This document shows positions 40,570-53,453 of a DNA stretch of 64,000 nt, piece by piece. A program made the translations under genes and the position numbers. Every line of letters begins with the position of its first letter. Within the stretch, counting starts at the first letter, position 1. The notes under the pieces are model-generated. The model saw only the letters and a program-made list of their open reading frames with translations, did no database searches and was not told where the DNA came from. This DNA is from Zygnema circumcarinatum SAG 698-1b (taxonomy: Eukaryota > Plantae > Zygnematophyceae): positions 2,973,403 through 3,037,402 of the forward strand of contig CM074814.1 of NCBI GenBank assembly GCA_037447605.1, written 5' to 3'.

Positions 40570-43500
40570 ATGGCCGACTCGCCGGAAGGCAGAGAAGCGC
40601 CCTCCGCAGACGATGAGCGACTGCCCCTGCCAAGCTTGCCAGGGAGGCTGCGCGAGGACGCCGGCGAGAAGGGCGCACCCTCGACTGCGTGCGATGACTC
40701 AGAGGCCGCCCTCCCGGACCGCAATGGTGTTCGTCTACCCTCCTCCTGCCATGGCCGCCCGTGCGGAAGCATCCTCTTTCGATGTCAATTCTTCAGTGCC
40801 TGTATTTTTATTATCTATTTTCCGAGGTTAATCTCTAACTGCTGCAGCCATGACGGCAGGAGGTGCGAGGATCCCCGGAGGCGCATCAGCCCACCCTCCA
40901 AACAGCTCCCGAGGTCGGAACAGTCCCTCCACCACGACGGGTGCGGCGGTCTATGCGCTTCACAGCAATGGCAGCCATAGCCATAGCCAGAGCCAGAGCC
41001 GCAGCCACAGCCACAGCCAGAGCCAGAGCCAGAGCCACAGTCACGGGGGCGCGGCCGCCACGAGCTCGCGGAGTGCCCCGCCCCCGCTGGGTGCGCCGCT
41101 GGGCCGCCTTCGGCCGCCCGAGGAGGCGCTCGACTGCGCGGGCGCGGACTCCGACCTGCGCGACGGGTCAGGGCCGCGCCTCTTCCTGCCGCCGCTGTGA
41201 ACACAGGTGGCGTCTCCTTGCAAGGGCTCATGCAGGCGGGCATTGAGGCGGGCGCATGGCAGGCGCAAGAAAAAGCGCAATCAGCCATACCTGGGGGCAG
41301 ACAAGGCCGGGAAGGGGCTTCGGCACTTCAGCGTCAAAGGTGCGTTGATGAAGCCTGGGCATTTCTGGGCTTCGATTCGGATGTTGGCTCAGGTATCGGC
41401 CGGTACTGGCTCCTCACATCCCTTGTGGACAGCACCGAAACTCTGCACGAACCTTGCAGCCTTTGAACTGTGCTCCTCACAGAGTTCGTGGGTGGAGGGA
41501 TGTCGAGGGTGGCGTTCTGCAGTCTGTGAGAAAGTTAAAAGTAAGGGACGAACGACTTACAACGAGGTGGTTATTCTTTCTTCCAACCTGCGATCGAAAC
41601 GACGGGAAAAGGAGAGCCAGAGGAAGCTAAAGAAGTTTACAGTTTACCTGCTTGTGAAAAGTTGTCGTTGCCTTTGATTGAAGGTTGGCACTGTTGTATA
41701 CTTTGTAGTTATAAGAGGCGCCCAGTCAAACTTCTTTGTTTATTTTACACCAATATCAAGCTGTACTTTTGATGACGTAGCAGCCTCCATATCATCGAGA
41801 TTGTTGTCGTCAGCTTAGTTAGACCGTTGGTTGAACTCTGTTCCAGGGATTCCATCTAAATCAGAGATTTTGGAAAATGCAGGTCGCAGATGAGCTTGTG
41901 GCGGAATTCAGCAACCCTGAAATTACAGAGCCTCTTCATAAGCATGTGAGTGACTCATAACCGTGGACAGCTCCACTCGGATGATTTACTGAGGTCTATA
42001 TGCTTTCTAAATTTTCAATGAACTTTCGCCATCGCTATCCGAGTTTCTTCTAGCATATGTCAGTCTGTGTTCAATGGAAAGGAGCTTGCAACAAGAAGAA
42101 CTTGTCACAAGGCAAAATCGATGAAAGAAACCGATTGAAATTTGCCAAGGGGTTCATTTTCCGCAGCGACAGCAGCAGTACGATGAAAAAAACATAAGGC
42201 GTCGAGTATACGATGCGTTGAACGTCCTGATGGCGATGGATATCATTGCCAAAGAGAAAAAGGAAATCCGCTGGCGTGGGCTTCCCACTGTTGTGGCTTC
42301 GTCGACAGAGCACTTTCAGGTACCGTTTCTGCCATCGACATGCAAACCCTGCTGAACTTATTTATGTGTACACCGCTGATCATTTTTTAGTGAAAGTGTT
42401 CGAAATCTTTCAAGAAGTCTGTTTTCTTTTTGGCCCGGAGTATGCTGTTTCATGTCTATGACCATCGGGATGGTTATTTGGGATCGGGACGACAAGTCAA
42501 TCTACTGACCCGCGTTGAACTCAAAATCTGAACTCAGTGGATAGCTTAGTTTCTTTTGAAGACAAGCCTGCAAGCTCTTCCATGTATCATGCTTTTGCGA
42601 GTATCGCATGTCAGGTCAAAAGTAAAGTACACAAGCCAGACTGAGTTGAATAGTACGGTTATTGGCGGAATGGCCTCTCATCGTACGGATGCAACTGGTT
42701 CTTCTTAAACTGGATGTATTGCAAGGAGTCATTGACGTTCTTAATAGTGTTAAGGTTTGAGTTTATTTGTTTCAATTAAAAGTTAACGAGATGTGATGAA
42801 AGGCCTGTATATTCCAGCAGGTGAAGCCTTGATGTGTGATGCCAACGGACTGAGGGCGGTGGGCAGTGCAGGCGGAAGGGTTGCTGCTGCGCGCACGGCT
42901 GGACAAGAAAGAATCGCACTTAAAGGAGCTCGAAGAGCAGGTGAGGTGAAGGTTCTCTCATGCCCGCTTCTTCTCTCTTTCCTCTGCCCCTCGCCCCTTT
43001 ATCAAAGTGCCCCGCCCGCCGTCTCTCATCTTTCTCTCTTATGTCCTTGCGAAGCTTTTCCTTCCATCTAAGTTGAAACCGGTATCGGACTGGACAGCCT
43101 AAACCTTCTGAATCCACTGGTTTTGCATTCAAGGCTCCTCCCCCACCCCGTTTACATTGGGATCTCTTTATTTTTTCTGGTCTCCCTCTCGCTCCCTCTT
43201 ATCTTTACAAGGGGCAGGAGGTTTGATAATGCCAAGCATACCTGAGTTGAACGCTACTGCTGCTGCTTAGTTGCAGTAGCTCCTCCTTCACGTCATGTTT
43301 TGTCGTGGATTGCTGCCGACTCAATGCCTTTGCGCCTTGTTTTCTTGTTATTCGTCCTGTGTTTAGCATGCACATTCTGAAGTACGGCGCTGAAATTTAA
43401 TTTCGCAATAAGTGAAACACTTGCTGGATCAAATGTATGCCAATGGACACTTGCGATAGTTAAGATGAGGTCAGAAGGTTAAAGCGAACGGAATGGGAGC

Positions 43501-44412
43501 TTTCTGCAGGGGTACATGTGCGTTGTCTTTTGATTGTCAAATTTGCAGTCTTTGCTTTAGTCTTGCTTCAACTGCTTGTTGAAAAAACCGTTTCATAACC
43601 GCAAGGCCCTTGTGTGGTCCCCGCCATTTACCTTCCTGAATTTTTTCGGTTGGTCTTGTACCAAATGTGAGTGAGTCCGCCGTTCACGGGCAGTGCAGTG
43701 CAGCGGAAGAGGTAAAGGCAGAGAGAGGGCGGGGTCGGGGCGGGTCGCGAATCTGGAAGATGGGTTTGCTGATTAAAAAAATTCGTTGCGCAGATCAGCG
43801 GCATCGAGCGGCTCGTTGAGCGCAACCAGGCGGCGTGCCGGCTGCGCAGCGGCGGGGGGGGAGGGGGAGGGGGAGGGGGAGTGGCGCTACCCTTCATCAT
43901 CGTGCAGGTACGCAAGTGGCAGGGTTTCTGATTGGCTGTTGGATTGGCGTGAATGGCTGCCGTGGACCCGAGTGGAGCGGGAGGAGCAGTGCTCTTGGCA
44001 TCGCGGTTGTGGTCTAACAAATGTCGGTCGAGGAGCTGCAGACTCGGCCTCAGGCAACGGTGGAGGTGATGATTTCAGAAGACATGCAGGTGGTCCATTT
44101 CGACTTCAATAGGTCAGTCTGGTCGCCGAATGCTTGGCAAACTGGGAGGATGTCATTGTCGACGTACCTGCAGTCCCTCATTTTCCTAAGCCTGTCTGCC
44201 AGGCAAGGTGCAGGCTGGCCTTGTGATGCCTAAGGTTGGGAAGCAGCTCTGAATGAAGGGATGGGGGCGGGCGCAGCACTCCGTTCCAGCTGCACGACGA
44301 CAGCTACGTCCTGCGCGCTATGGGGCTCTTCCACCCGCCTGCTGGCGGCGCGGCCCTCAGGCAGGAGGGCGAGGCAGGGGGGCGCTCCCCCGACTCCGTG
44401 CCGCCTCCCTAG
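40570..44412 (+). CDS. DPB: DP (E2F dimerization partner) transcription factor, DPB-like
   Basis: [10 protein letters not shown]|[15 protein letters not shown]|[55 protein letters not shown]|[23 protein letters not shown]|[13 protein letters not shown], with TAG at 44410-44412. The 5' exons (40570-40726, 40848-41166, 41263-41339) join in frame but are less certain. Confidence 0.93.
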
Positions 44413-44579
44413 CGGCCCCTCTCAAAGGGGCTGCTGCTCTGCTCCTGCTCCCTGTGAACAAAGCGAGAGGCTTCCGAATGCGCGGAGGAGCCGAGTGAAG
44501 AAAATAGCGCGTGCCGTCCATTAGCCGACCCTCGGGACTTTGTAGGTTCACGGACTCATTGTGTTTAGTTCGGTTTACT

Positions 44580-44714
44580 CTAGTCTAGTCTAGTCTAGTC
44601 TAGTCTAGTCTAGTCTAGTCTAGTCTAGTCTAGTCTAGTCTAGTCTAGTCTAGTCTAGTCTAGTCTAGTCTAGTCTAGTCTAGTCTAGTCTAGTCTAGTC
44701 TAGTCTAGTCTAGT
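44580..44714 (+). repeat. Perfect (TAGTC)26 pentanucleotide microsatellite
   Basis: Direct count over 44581-44710 plus a partial unit. Confidence 0.97.
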
Positions 44715-45432
44715 AGACTCTCCTTGTTTGTATGTTGTCACTTTGTCCTGATTTGGTCAGGTTGGTGGTTCAGCGCCTTTGGTCCCGTCTCCCCGGTGTT
44801 GTCGTTAGACCTTAATGCCAGGGAGCGTTTTTCTCTGCCCTTTCCATGCTGTTATGTTGGTCTGCCTCGTTAGCCTTCTATCACGTCCGTACACGGACAG
44901 TACGACCACTGTTTGCACGTGCTATATATTGCCTGCCGTATTGCAGCCCACAGCGCCGTAAAGTTGAGTTTTGCTGAACATTGAATTCACGAGTATCTCG
45001 AAGATCCCAAGAAGGAAATGATTCAATCGAGCATCCAATCTGCCACCTGACTGCTACCGCGTTTGCTATTATTATTGCTTTGCGCGCCTCGACTCGCGTC
45101 GCCTCAGTTCTCTCTCTCTTTCTCTCTCTCTCCCACTCTCAGACGCGCGCAGCGAGCAAGCGCGCTAACGGCCCACCCCGACCTCGACTTCAAACTTCCC
45201 GCGCTTCCAATTTAATTGTGCGGCCACCCCTAGGCCCGTCCCGCCCTAGCACGGACGGACGGGCGGACGGACGGACGGTGCCGTTGCCGTTGCGCCCACC
45301 CGTGCGCTTTCGGACCGTTGGGAGCGGGCGGGCGGGCGAGGGCGCACTCACTCGCCTCTCTCACTCTGGGAACGAGCGAGAGAGAGAGAGTAGGGGCCAC
45401 CGTCGCAACTACTGTCCCGCCTCCCACCGACC

Positions 45433-48400
45433 ATGGCGGAGCCGCAGGCGCAGGTGCAGGCGCACGCGGAGGATGAGGGCGCCGGAGCGCACCTGCTCGT
45501 CGACGTCCCGCACGTCCGCACTCTGCCCCCGCCCGCGCTTGCCCGCGCTCACGTGCGCCGCTCAGACCTCACTTCGCGCTGCCATGTGCCGTCCTGTGCT
45601 CTGCTGTGCAGAAGCGAGGCTGGAGCAAGCTCCTCGCGTATCTTGGCCCGGGATTTCTAGTCTGCATTGCGTACATCGACCCGGGAAATTGTGAGTTTCT
45701 GTCGTGCTAGTGACGAATCTTGACAGTCCTGCTTCTTATGGAGCTCCGTTATGAAGGAAACCTGCAATTTATGTCGTGAAAATTCTCAGAAACGCTTTCT
45801 GTATGGAAGGATCTGGGCAAGAAAGAGGGCACGTGGAACAAGGGCCGCGATTTGCATACACATAATGTCTCGTATGTGTTCCTGGGACGAGGTTTAATGC
45901 TTTAGAATGCATTGTAGTTGAATTGCATATGAATGGATTTAAAGGTTTCACATTCCACAAGAAGACAAGTAGCGCATTCACAACAAGAGTTTTCGGGTGA
46001 CGCAAGATTTCGATGCCGATAAGGCATTTTCATTTGTCTGGCTGGGTCTTGCAGTCGAAAGTGATTTGCAAGCGGGAGCTCGTTTCAAATATGAGGTAAG
46101 GCAAATGGCGACAATGCATTTTTCTAAGACAAACTGCGATATGGAAAATTGTATTTCTGTAACTGTTGTTGGAATTGCTAGATATCAAGTGCTTCAACTC
46201 AATGAGTATGGCTTTTATAAATTTGGTTTTTTTTTTTTATTGAAGAGAAAGAGATTCTCTTGTTTGTAAGACGGAAAGCATGTGCTTAACCGAGGTTTAT
46301 GGTGATTGGATATGTATCCACCAATTTAAAGCTGGCTGCCTTTCAAAGCGAGGAGGCCGATTTTTATTTTTATTTTCAAGTCTATTCACAATCAATGCAT
46401 ACGTGTAGACAAGCCGGCGGTTCAGAGTAGCTCTTGACCTGGCTTGCGCCAAGTTGAACAAGACGCGCGCACCCTGAACGTGATGTGCAGCTTTTGTGGG
46501 TGCTCCTTCTGGCTTCGGTCGGAGGCCTCCTTATCCAGTCTTTGTCTGCCAACCTCGGAGTGGTCACTGGTGAGCGGCCTCCTGTCGCGCCCCTGTGGGC
46601 AGTGGTTTCAGCAGTGCCTTTTAAATGCCGGCCAGGCCATGACTGCCCCACTTTTTCTCTCACTCTCCAGCTCGGTAATTGCGATGCGTATTTTTAAATA
46701 TGAGTGAACGTGTCTCAAGTTCCACAATGGGCGAAGTCATTGCTGGCTAGGATGAATTGTATTTGAGCTGTAAACACATCAAGTGTCGGTTTTTTTCTTG
46801 CTCCTTCTAGTCAGTTTTCTTTTTGCCCTTTTGAATCACCTGATGAACAATGATTGGTCCACGAATTCTTCCTGAACTTTGCCCTTTGCAGGGCAACATC
46901 TGGCGCAGCATTGCCGAACCGAGTACCCCCCGCGACTCAACTTTGCGCTTTGGGTAGTGGCTGAGCTTGCCATCGTTGCCAGTGACATTCCAGAAGGTTA
47001 GACCAAGGCTTCACTGCAGAAGGTGGAAATGGAAGTCAACGGAATGGACCCGTGACGTGTTTCTTCGAAAGTGTCCTTTTTTCGACAAAAAAGTCTTAAT
47101 TGGCTTGCTGAGCGGAGATTCTGTTATGCGAACTCAGTTAGGCGACAACTCTGGCAGCTGCTTCAGCCATGCAGAGAAAAATTCACAGTACCTGTAGACA
47201 ATTTCGTAGGATTAATGAGCTACAATTATTCTTAGGAATCATGACATGTCAAAGACTCGGTGAATGCAGGTATGTTCAGATGGATATGGTGTTGCTATTC
47301 AAACGGTTGGAAGGTTGGGAAGTAATTATTGTTTGAGTAGGACGGATATGGTCGAAAAAGAGCAGTTGCGATATGGTTCTGGGGAATCATGCGTGTCAGA
47401 GCTGTTCACTGTATGATCCAAACTCATAGAGGGGCCTATTGAGGTTGTAGTTCGTGTGTAGGTATTGCTTATAGATAAGTAGGTTCTACAAACCCTGACA
47501 AGCCTGCAACCAAACTAATGCTCGTGGCGAGTGCAGTGATCGGAACCGCCTTCGCGCTGAACATGCTGTTCGGGGTGGCGGTGTGGGCGGGCGTGCTGCT
47601 CACGGGGCTCAGCACGCTGCTGCTCCTCGCGCTGCAGCGCTACGGGGTCAGACACTCAAAACCTTAAACCCGCTGCACCCACGATCTGGAGAGACTGTCC
47701 CAAGCTTCCTGGACTTGGGCTCCGCTGTGCTGAGCAACTCTAGAAGGGCAGAAGTTGGCTTCTCTTTGTTCAAAGTGGTCCCTCATAACATATGTCTTGT
47801 CATCTTGTTTATTTTCTTCACCAAAGGATATTTAGCCGTTGTCAAGCTGGACCCGTAAAGTTAGGTGTTTTGAGCCGTTGTTTTCAGGCAGGCATGCGAG
47901 TATGTATGGGCACAGCTCATTTTCAAGATCCTCCTGCAATTGAGGTGATTGACTGTTTGACGAGTCTTTTAGCCAACAGCACAGACCATTGACAATAACA
48001 ACGAAACCTTGTTGACAACCTCGATGAGCAGCTTTTTTGCTCTCAGCAACCGATGTTCGTATGTCCAGTTCACGTAAAACCCCATGCAAGGTTTTGAGGT
48101 TTTGCTTTTCATCCTGCAATTACGCCTTCTTTTGGATGCTCATGGCAGAGCTGCCAGTGCCCCGTGCCTGACGTCATTGAAAGAGAAGTGGAAGTTCAAG
48201 TGGGCTCAATGCACGCACCGACTATTTTTAAAAATGGCATCTTGTCGTTTCAGGTGAGGAAATTGGAGGGCTTTATTTCTGTGCTCGTCCTCCTGATCGC
48301 TCTCTGCTTCATGGTGGAAATGTTTTTCGCTGCCCCGAACCCTGCCGCCGTCCTGGAGGGCCTCGCGGTGCCGCGGCTCTCCGGGGCGGGGTCGACCGGC

Positions 48401-51400
48401 CTCGCCATCTCCCTCCTCGGGGCCGTCGTCATGCCGTCAGTCGCCCTCACCCTAAAAACCCTAAAAAATACACCGACCTTAAATCCCTCATCTCTTGAAC
48501 CGTGTGGTGTATTATAATATTTGAATCAATAACGAACACATTCCGTGTTGAAGTTCTTTCAAGCTTGACACTATATGGAGACGCCACGGGATGATAAGTT
48601 TGCAGTCAGAATTGGGGCTAAAATTTTAGGGTCTGGCATGTGGCATTCAGAGGATGGTTCAAGCTGATTGGTCGCATTGGTGGTCAAGGCGGAGCGGTGC
48701 AGGCACAATCTGTTCCTCCATTCAGCGCTCGTGCTGAGCAGAAAAGCTCCTCGCACAGATCAGGCCATTAGGGTACTTTCCAGCCCCGCTTCCATTTGAA
48801 AGCCTGAGAATCCTTTCATGAGGCTGATCCTTAAAAAAGGAATGCGAGTACCAAGCACCTACGTATATCTGTAGAAAACCGTGAAACAATTATAAACCTG
48901 ATTTATTTATGACTAGCATCAAACCCATTTTCAACCCAACATATTCCTAATGTGAACTGCGGAGGTGTATTGCGGACTGAATCATGACAAGACGTTAGAT
49001 GTGGCAAAAGTTCGTAGAAGGATCCAAGATCCAATCGACTTGTGTGTTGCTGTCCGGGCTACCTCACCTTACGAAGTAGACTGCGAGGAACAGGTCCTGG
49101 CTTTGAGCCACGACCAGGGAAATGTCGCAACTTGGGTAGCCACAGCTTCATGAGTGGGTGCTCGCACGGAGGGTTCAGGACGGGTGCAGGTACAGCCTCA
49201 TCGAGGTCTCCATCGCGCTCGCCGTCGCCTTTGCCATCAACGTGTCGGTCATCGCCGTCAGCGGCTCCGTGTGCGGCCGCGACGATCTGTCACTCGAAGA
49301 CCGCTCCAACTGCGACAGCTTAGACCTCAACCGAGCGCCCTTTTTGCTCAAGGTTCGTGCTGACTGGTGGTTGAGACGAAATTTGAAGGAATCCTTTCAT
49401 CATGGACCTAAGAAAGGGTTTAGTTGCCATTCCGGGATGTGGTCTCTTTCTGTTCGAACACTCTTTCAAAGAAAAAAAGAAAGAAGAAAGAAGAAAGAAA
49501 GAAATGGAGGCGGTATTTTTTAGAGACACAACTCAAGGGTGAGTGCCAAATGAGGTCCAAGTGGCAGAGCCGGAGCGCATCCGCTGACGGAGCGTGTGGT
49601 GCATTCTCAGAATACGTTGGGAAAGGCGGCATCAAAACTGTTTGGCATCGCGCTTCTGGCGTCCGGCCAGAGTTCCACCATCACGGGGACCTATGCAGGG
49701 CAGTACGTTATGCAGGTGAGAGTGGTCCTTTAAATGATGTTTGGTTCTGAACAGCAGCTATCAGATTATCTAGAATCTAGCTCACCGTAGTGGACTGAGC
49801 TTGTCTAGGTACAACTATTTTTTTCAAGCAGAAATGAGCGACTTAATTGCCGCAAAAGTTGACGAAAGTTTCCATGACAGAATTTTGGTCTCTATGCTGC
49901 CGCTCATTGATATCTTTCATGTCCAAAAACCTGTCAGCAGTGTCATCTGAAAGAAGAAATGGTCAGAGTATGGATAAATGCCTAGTTAATCCCTTGTGAT
50001 TGATAGGGTTTTTTGGAGCTCCAATATCAACCATGGATTCGAAATCTTGTGACGCGCATGGTAGCAATCTTGCCGTCACTCGCAGTTGCCCTTATTGGCG
50101 GATCCCGTGGAGCCGGCGAACTCATTATCATCTCCTCGGTATGTTCTTGCGATGTTATGCCGGTTTTGGTCTCAACAGTCAAACCCTCTGTAGGGAAAAG
50201 TACAACTGAATCTAGATCAGGAGGTTAAACTTGTTGACGGTGTCCTATGTCTTATGAGGGCTTCTCCTTCCATTGCACCACACAATGTTGGCAACATTCC
50301 CATAAGCAACATCATGGATACGAACAATGTCGAAAAACTAAGGAGATGATGTCTGGCATTTGCACAAAGGAGTGGGTGTCTCATGATGGGGTCTGGCACT
50401 ACTGGGAAAGTCCACCCAATAGGAAGGAAGGCGAGGGGGAGAACAAGTGTGAAGTGGCACAAAATGAGTTTTTAGGGATTGAGGCGAGATCTGGGTATAG
50501 ACAGGCCTGAAAACTCCAACCCTCACTTGGCTGCAAGAGCAGTTGAAGTGTAGAGTGGGATTCCGATTCATTTTAGCGCATTGCGGCGTTGGTGTTGTGG
50601 AGATATGAAGCAGTCTCCTGATACACTTCTTGCACTCTTCCCCCTCAATTCTCTCACGCAGCGATTATAGACGACTGTCCCTCACTCCAAGTGGCTAACG
50701 CTGATGCAGATGATACTGGCGTTTGAGCTCCCGTTTGCCCTCTTGCCTTTGCTGAAATTCGCCAGCAGTCCCCACAAGATGGGCCCTTACGTTGGCCACC
50801 CTCTTGTAAGTGTGGGGGACCTTGCAAGACTGAAGTAATCGAACAAAGTGCAGGATTCTGTATCTTATGCAATTCATTTCCGTTTGTATAGAAAATGCCG
50901 ATGTGGTCAGTTTGATAGCACGTAAGGGCGGTTAGCCTTGCTTTATGTTTTTTGAGTATACCGTAGAGCGTATGATGGATGATTCAACCAGTGCCGCAGA
51001 AGTTGGATATCTTCTGAATATGTGAAAGTCCTGCAAACAGAGAGATAATCAGCCAAAAACTTTCTGGATAGGTGTAGTTGTTTTTTTCATGAAAATCGCT
51101 ATTAGATGCTCTGTCTTTCCTTCTGTGCCTCACAGAGCAATGGTGTTCTCTTTGCGTGAAAGTGAATTTAATTTATGAAGTGGAAGCCTGAAAAACCAGA
51201 GAACATTTCTATGGCTTGACCCTCATTGTACTTGTGGATTGGTATCATGGTTTCGATTCTGATGTGTTTTGCAGGTGATCGCCTTTATATGGACGCTCGG
51301 TCTCTTCATCGTACTGGTGAATGTATACTATTTGTGCAACGTCTTCTTGGGATGGCTGCTTCATAGTGGCCTTGCCCTTGCGAGTCAACTGGGCATGGGG

Positions 51401-51709
51401 ATGTTCGTTGCCTCAGGTGTCCTCCTTTACGTAGGAGCAATTGTTTATTTGGCAATTAGGAAGGACACGGAAGTCACTTTTTCACCACCTTATGATCAGC
51501 CAGGGGACAATAGTTCAACAGATTCTGACGTTGAAGTTTCAGAAGGGTTCGAAGAGTATGTTCCTAATCGCTCTCATCCAGTTCAGCAAGAGCTCAAAGT
51601 CGTTTTTGCAAGGGACCTTGTACGTCCAGGATATCAAGACTCTGCTAGTCTGATGATGCAAAATGGGCGAAGCAGAACACATGAAGAATGTGAATCAGCT
51701 TCATCTTGA
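45433..51709 (+). CDS. NRAMP1: NRAMP metal transporter, NRAMP1/6 clade, multi-exon
   Basis: [19 protein letters not shown]|[65 protein letters not shown]|[33 protein letters not shown] and [12 protein letters not shown]. Last exon ends ESASS* at 51709. Confidence 0.95.
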
Positions 51710-51769
51710 GTTGAGGACATGTATTGTTTGTGGAATGCTAATTGTGCAAATTCAATGCAACCAGCAGAC

Positions 51770-52090
51770 CAGATGGTTAACCATCTGACCAATGATTAAC
51801 CATATGGTCGAGGCTTCGTGACTAACCATTTCGACGAGGTGACTGCCTAAACCCAGCCAAGGCGCAAAAAAAGCCTCGTCATATAGTTAATTATCTGACC
51901 ATATGGTCAATAATCTCGTCAAAGGTCCGTGGCTAACCGTTTGCGCGAAGCGGTGACCAAAGCCAACCAAGGCGCACAAAATGCGACTAGCTGCTTAGCC
52001 ATCTACCATGTGGTTAACCAAATGGTCGAGGCTTCGTGGCTAATCATTTGCACGAGGTAGTGACTGACTAAAGCCAGCCAAGGTGCAGAA
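51770..52090 (+). repeat. Three degenerate tandem copies of a unit of about 110 bp
   Basis: CCAAGG(C/T)GCA recurs at about 51857, 51967 and 52078; TGGTCGAGGCTTCGTG at about 51805 and 52023. Confidence 0.8.
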
Positions 52091-52101
52091 AAATCCACAG
52101 T

Positions 52102-52542
52102 AGAGAGAAAAGAGGGGAACGAGGGAAAAGAGGGGAAAGGAGGGAAAGGAGGGGAACGAGGGAAACGAGGGAAAGGAGGGAAAGGAGGGGAAAGAGGGAA
52201 AAGAAGGAAAAGAGGAAAAAGAGGGAAAAGTGGGAAAAGAGGGAAAAGAGGGAAAAGAGGGAAAAGAGGAAAAAGAGGGAAAAGAGGGAAAAGAGGGAAA
52301 AGAGGGAAAAGAGGGAAAAGAGGGAAAAGAGGGAAAGAGGGAAAAGGGGGAAAAGAAGGAAACGAGGGAAAAGAGGGAAACGAGGGAACAGAGGGAAAAG
52401 ATGGAAATGAGGGAAAAGAGGGAAAAGAGGAAAAAGAGGGAAAAGAGGGAAAAGAGGAATAAGAGGGAAAAGAGGAAAAAGAGCGAAAAGAGGGAAACGA
52501 GGGAAAAGAGGGAAAAGATGGAAAGCGGGAAAAGCGGGAAAA
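52102..52542 (+). repeat. (AAAAGAGGG)n 9-bp purine satellite, roughly 48 units
   Basis: Direct reading; variants include AAACGAGGG and AAAAGCGGG. Confidence 0.9.
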
Positions 52543-52580
52543 GGGTTTTTAGGGTTTTTATGGTTTTGAGGGTTTTTAGG
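52543..52580 (+). repeat. Degenerate interstitial telomere tract, 4 units
   Basis: GGG TTTTTAGGG TTTTTATGG TTTTGAGGG TTTTTAGG. Confidence 0.85.
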
Positions 52581-52811
52581 TCCAGTGTCTGTCTGTCTAT
52601 CTGAAGTGTCTCAATCGTCACAAGGCAAAACATAGAGACCTTAAAGGCTGCGTAAAAGCACTGTATTGTTTGCAAAGCGGAGATGTCTCCGAACTCCTTG
52701 AAATGTGTGCCATACATATCTTTCTTTTCTTACGAAAATATCACTGCCAAATGATAACCTTCACTGGAATAACATGATTGTTACGTTCTGTTGGTTGGTG
52801 GTCTGTTTTAG

Positions 52812-53031
52812 GTACCGGCCTCGGATTGGTCATCTCCAAGCAGGTGAGCAAGGGCTGCGCTCACCTCTTGCTCTCTCTTTGCAAAGGCTGCGACCGGCTG
52901 TTGAATTTCAACGCTTTCTAGAACAGAAATTTTTGAAAAACTGCTGCCGGTTGCCGCGGTGGGCCGTGCAGCTCGTGGAACACTTGGGCGGCGAAATGTG
53001 GGTGGAGAGCGAAGGGAGCGGCTGCGGGTAA
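52812..53031 (+). pseudogene. Histidine kinase HATPase_c fragment, two exons (52812-52843, 52972-about 53031)
   Basis: ttttag|(G)TGLGLVISKQ|gtgagc, a 128-nt intron, then cag|LVEHLGGEMWVESEGSGCG. This is the G2 box and the following strands. No upstream kinase exons recognised. Confidence 0.8.
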
Positions 53032-53037
53032 ACTTTC

Positions 53038-53113
53038 GGGTTTTTAGGGTTTTTAGGGGTTTTTAGGGTTTTAAGAGTTTTTAGGGTTTTTAGGGTTTTT
53101 AGGGTTTTTAGGG
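53038..53113 (+). repeat. Interstitial telomere tract (TTTTTAGGG)8, two variant units
   Basis: Direct reading. Confidence 0.95.
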
Positions 53114-53114
53114 T

Positions 53115-53443
53115 GAGCCACGAGCCAAAAGCCACGAGCCACGAGCCATAGCCACGAGCCACGAGCCATGAGCCACGAGCCACGAGCCATGAGCCACGAG
53201 CCACGAGCCACGAGCCATAACTACGAGCCACAAGCCACGAGCCACAAGCCATAGCCACGAGCCACGAGCCGCGAGCCACGACCCACGAGCGACGAGCCAT
53301 AGCCATGAGCCGCGAGCCATGAGCCACGAGCCACAAGCCACGAGCCACGAACCACAAGCCATAGCCACAAGCCACGAGCCACGAGCCATAGCCACAAGCC
53401 AAGAGCCATAGCCACAAGCCACAAGCCAAAAGCCACGAGTCAC
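53115..53443 (+). repeat. (GCCACGA)n 7-bp satellite with GCCATA and GCCACAA variants
   Basis: Direct reading; it ends at the assembly gap. Confidence 0.92.
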
Positions 53444-53453
53444 NNNNNNNNNN
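53444..53453. other. Assembly gap (10 N)
   Basis: Run of n in the sequence. Confidence 1.

Noticed and set aside
44261-44524. Alternative longer DP C-terminus ending RVKKIARAVH
   Set aside because: It is out of frame with the conserved [12 protein letters not shown]; it would need an indel in a G or C run, for which I have no evidence.
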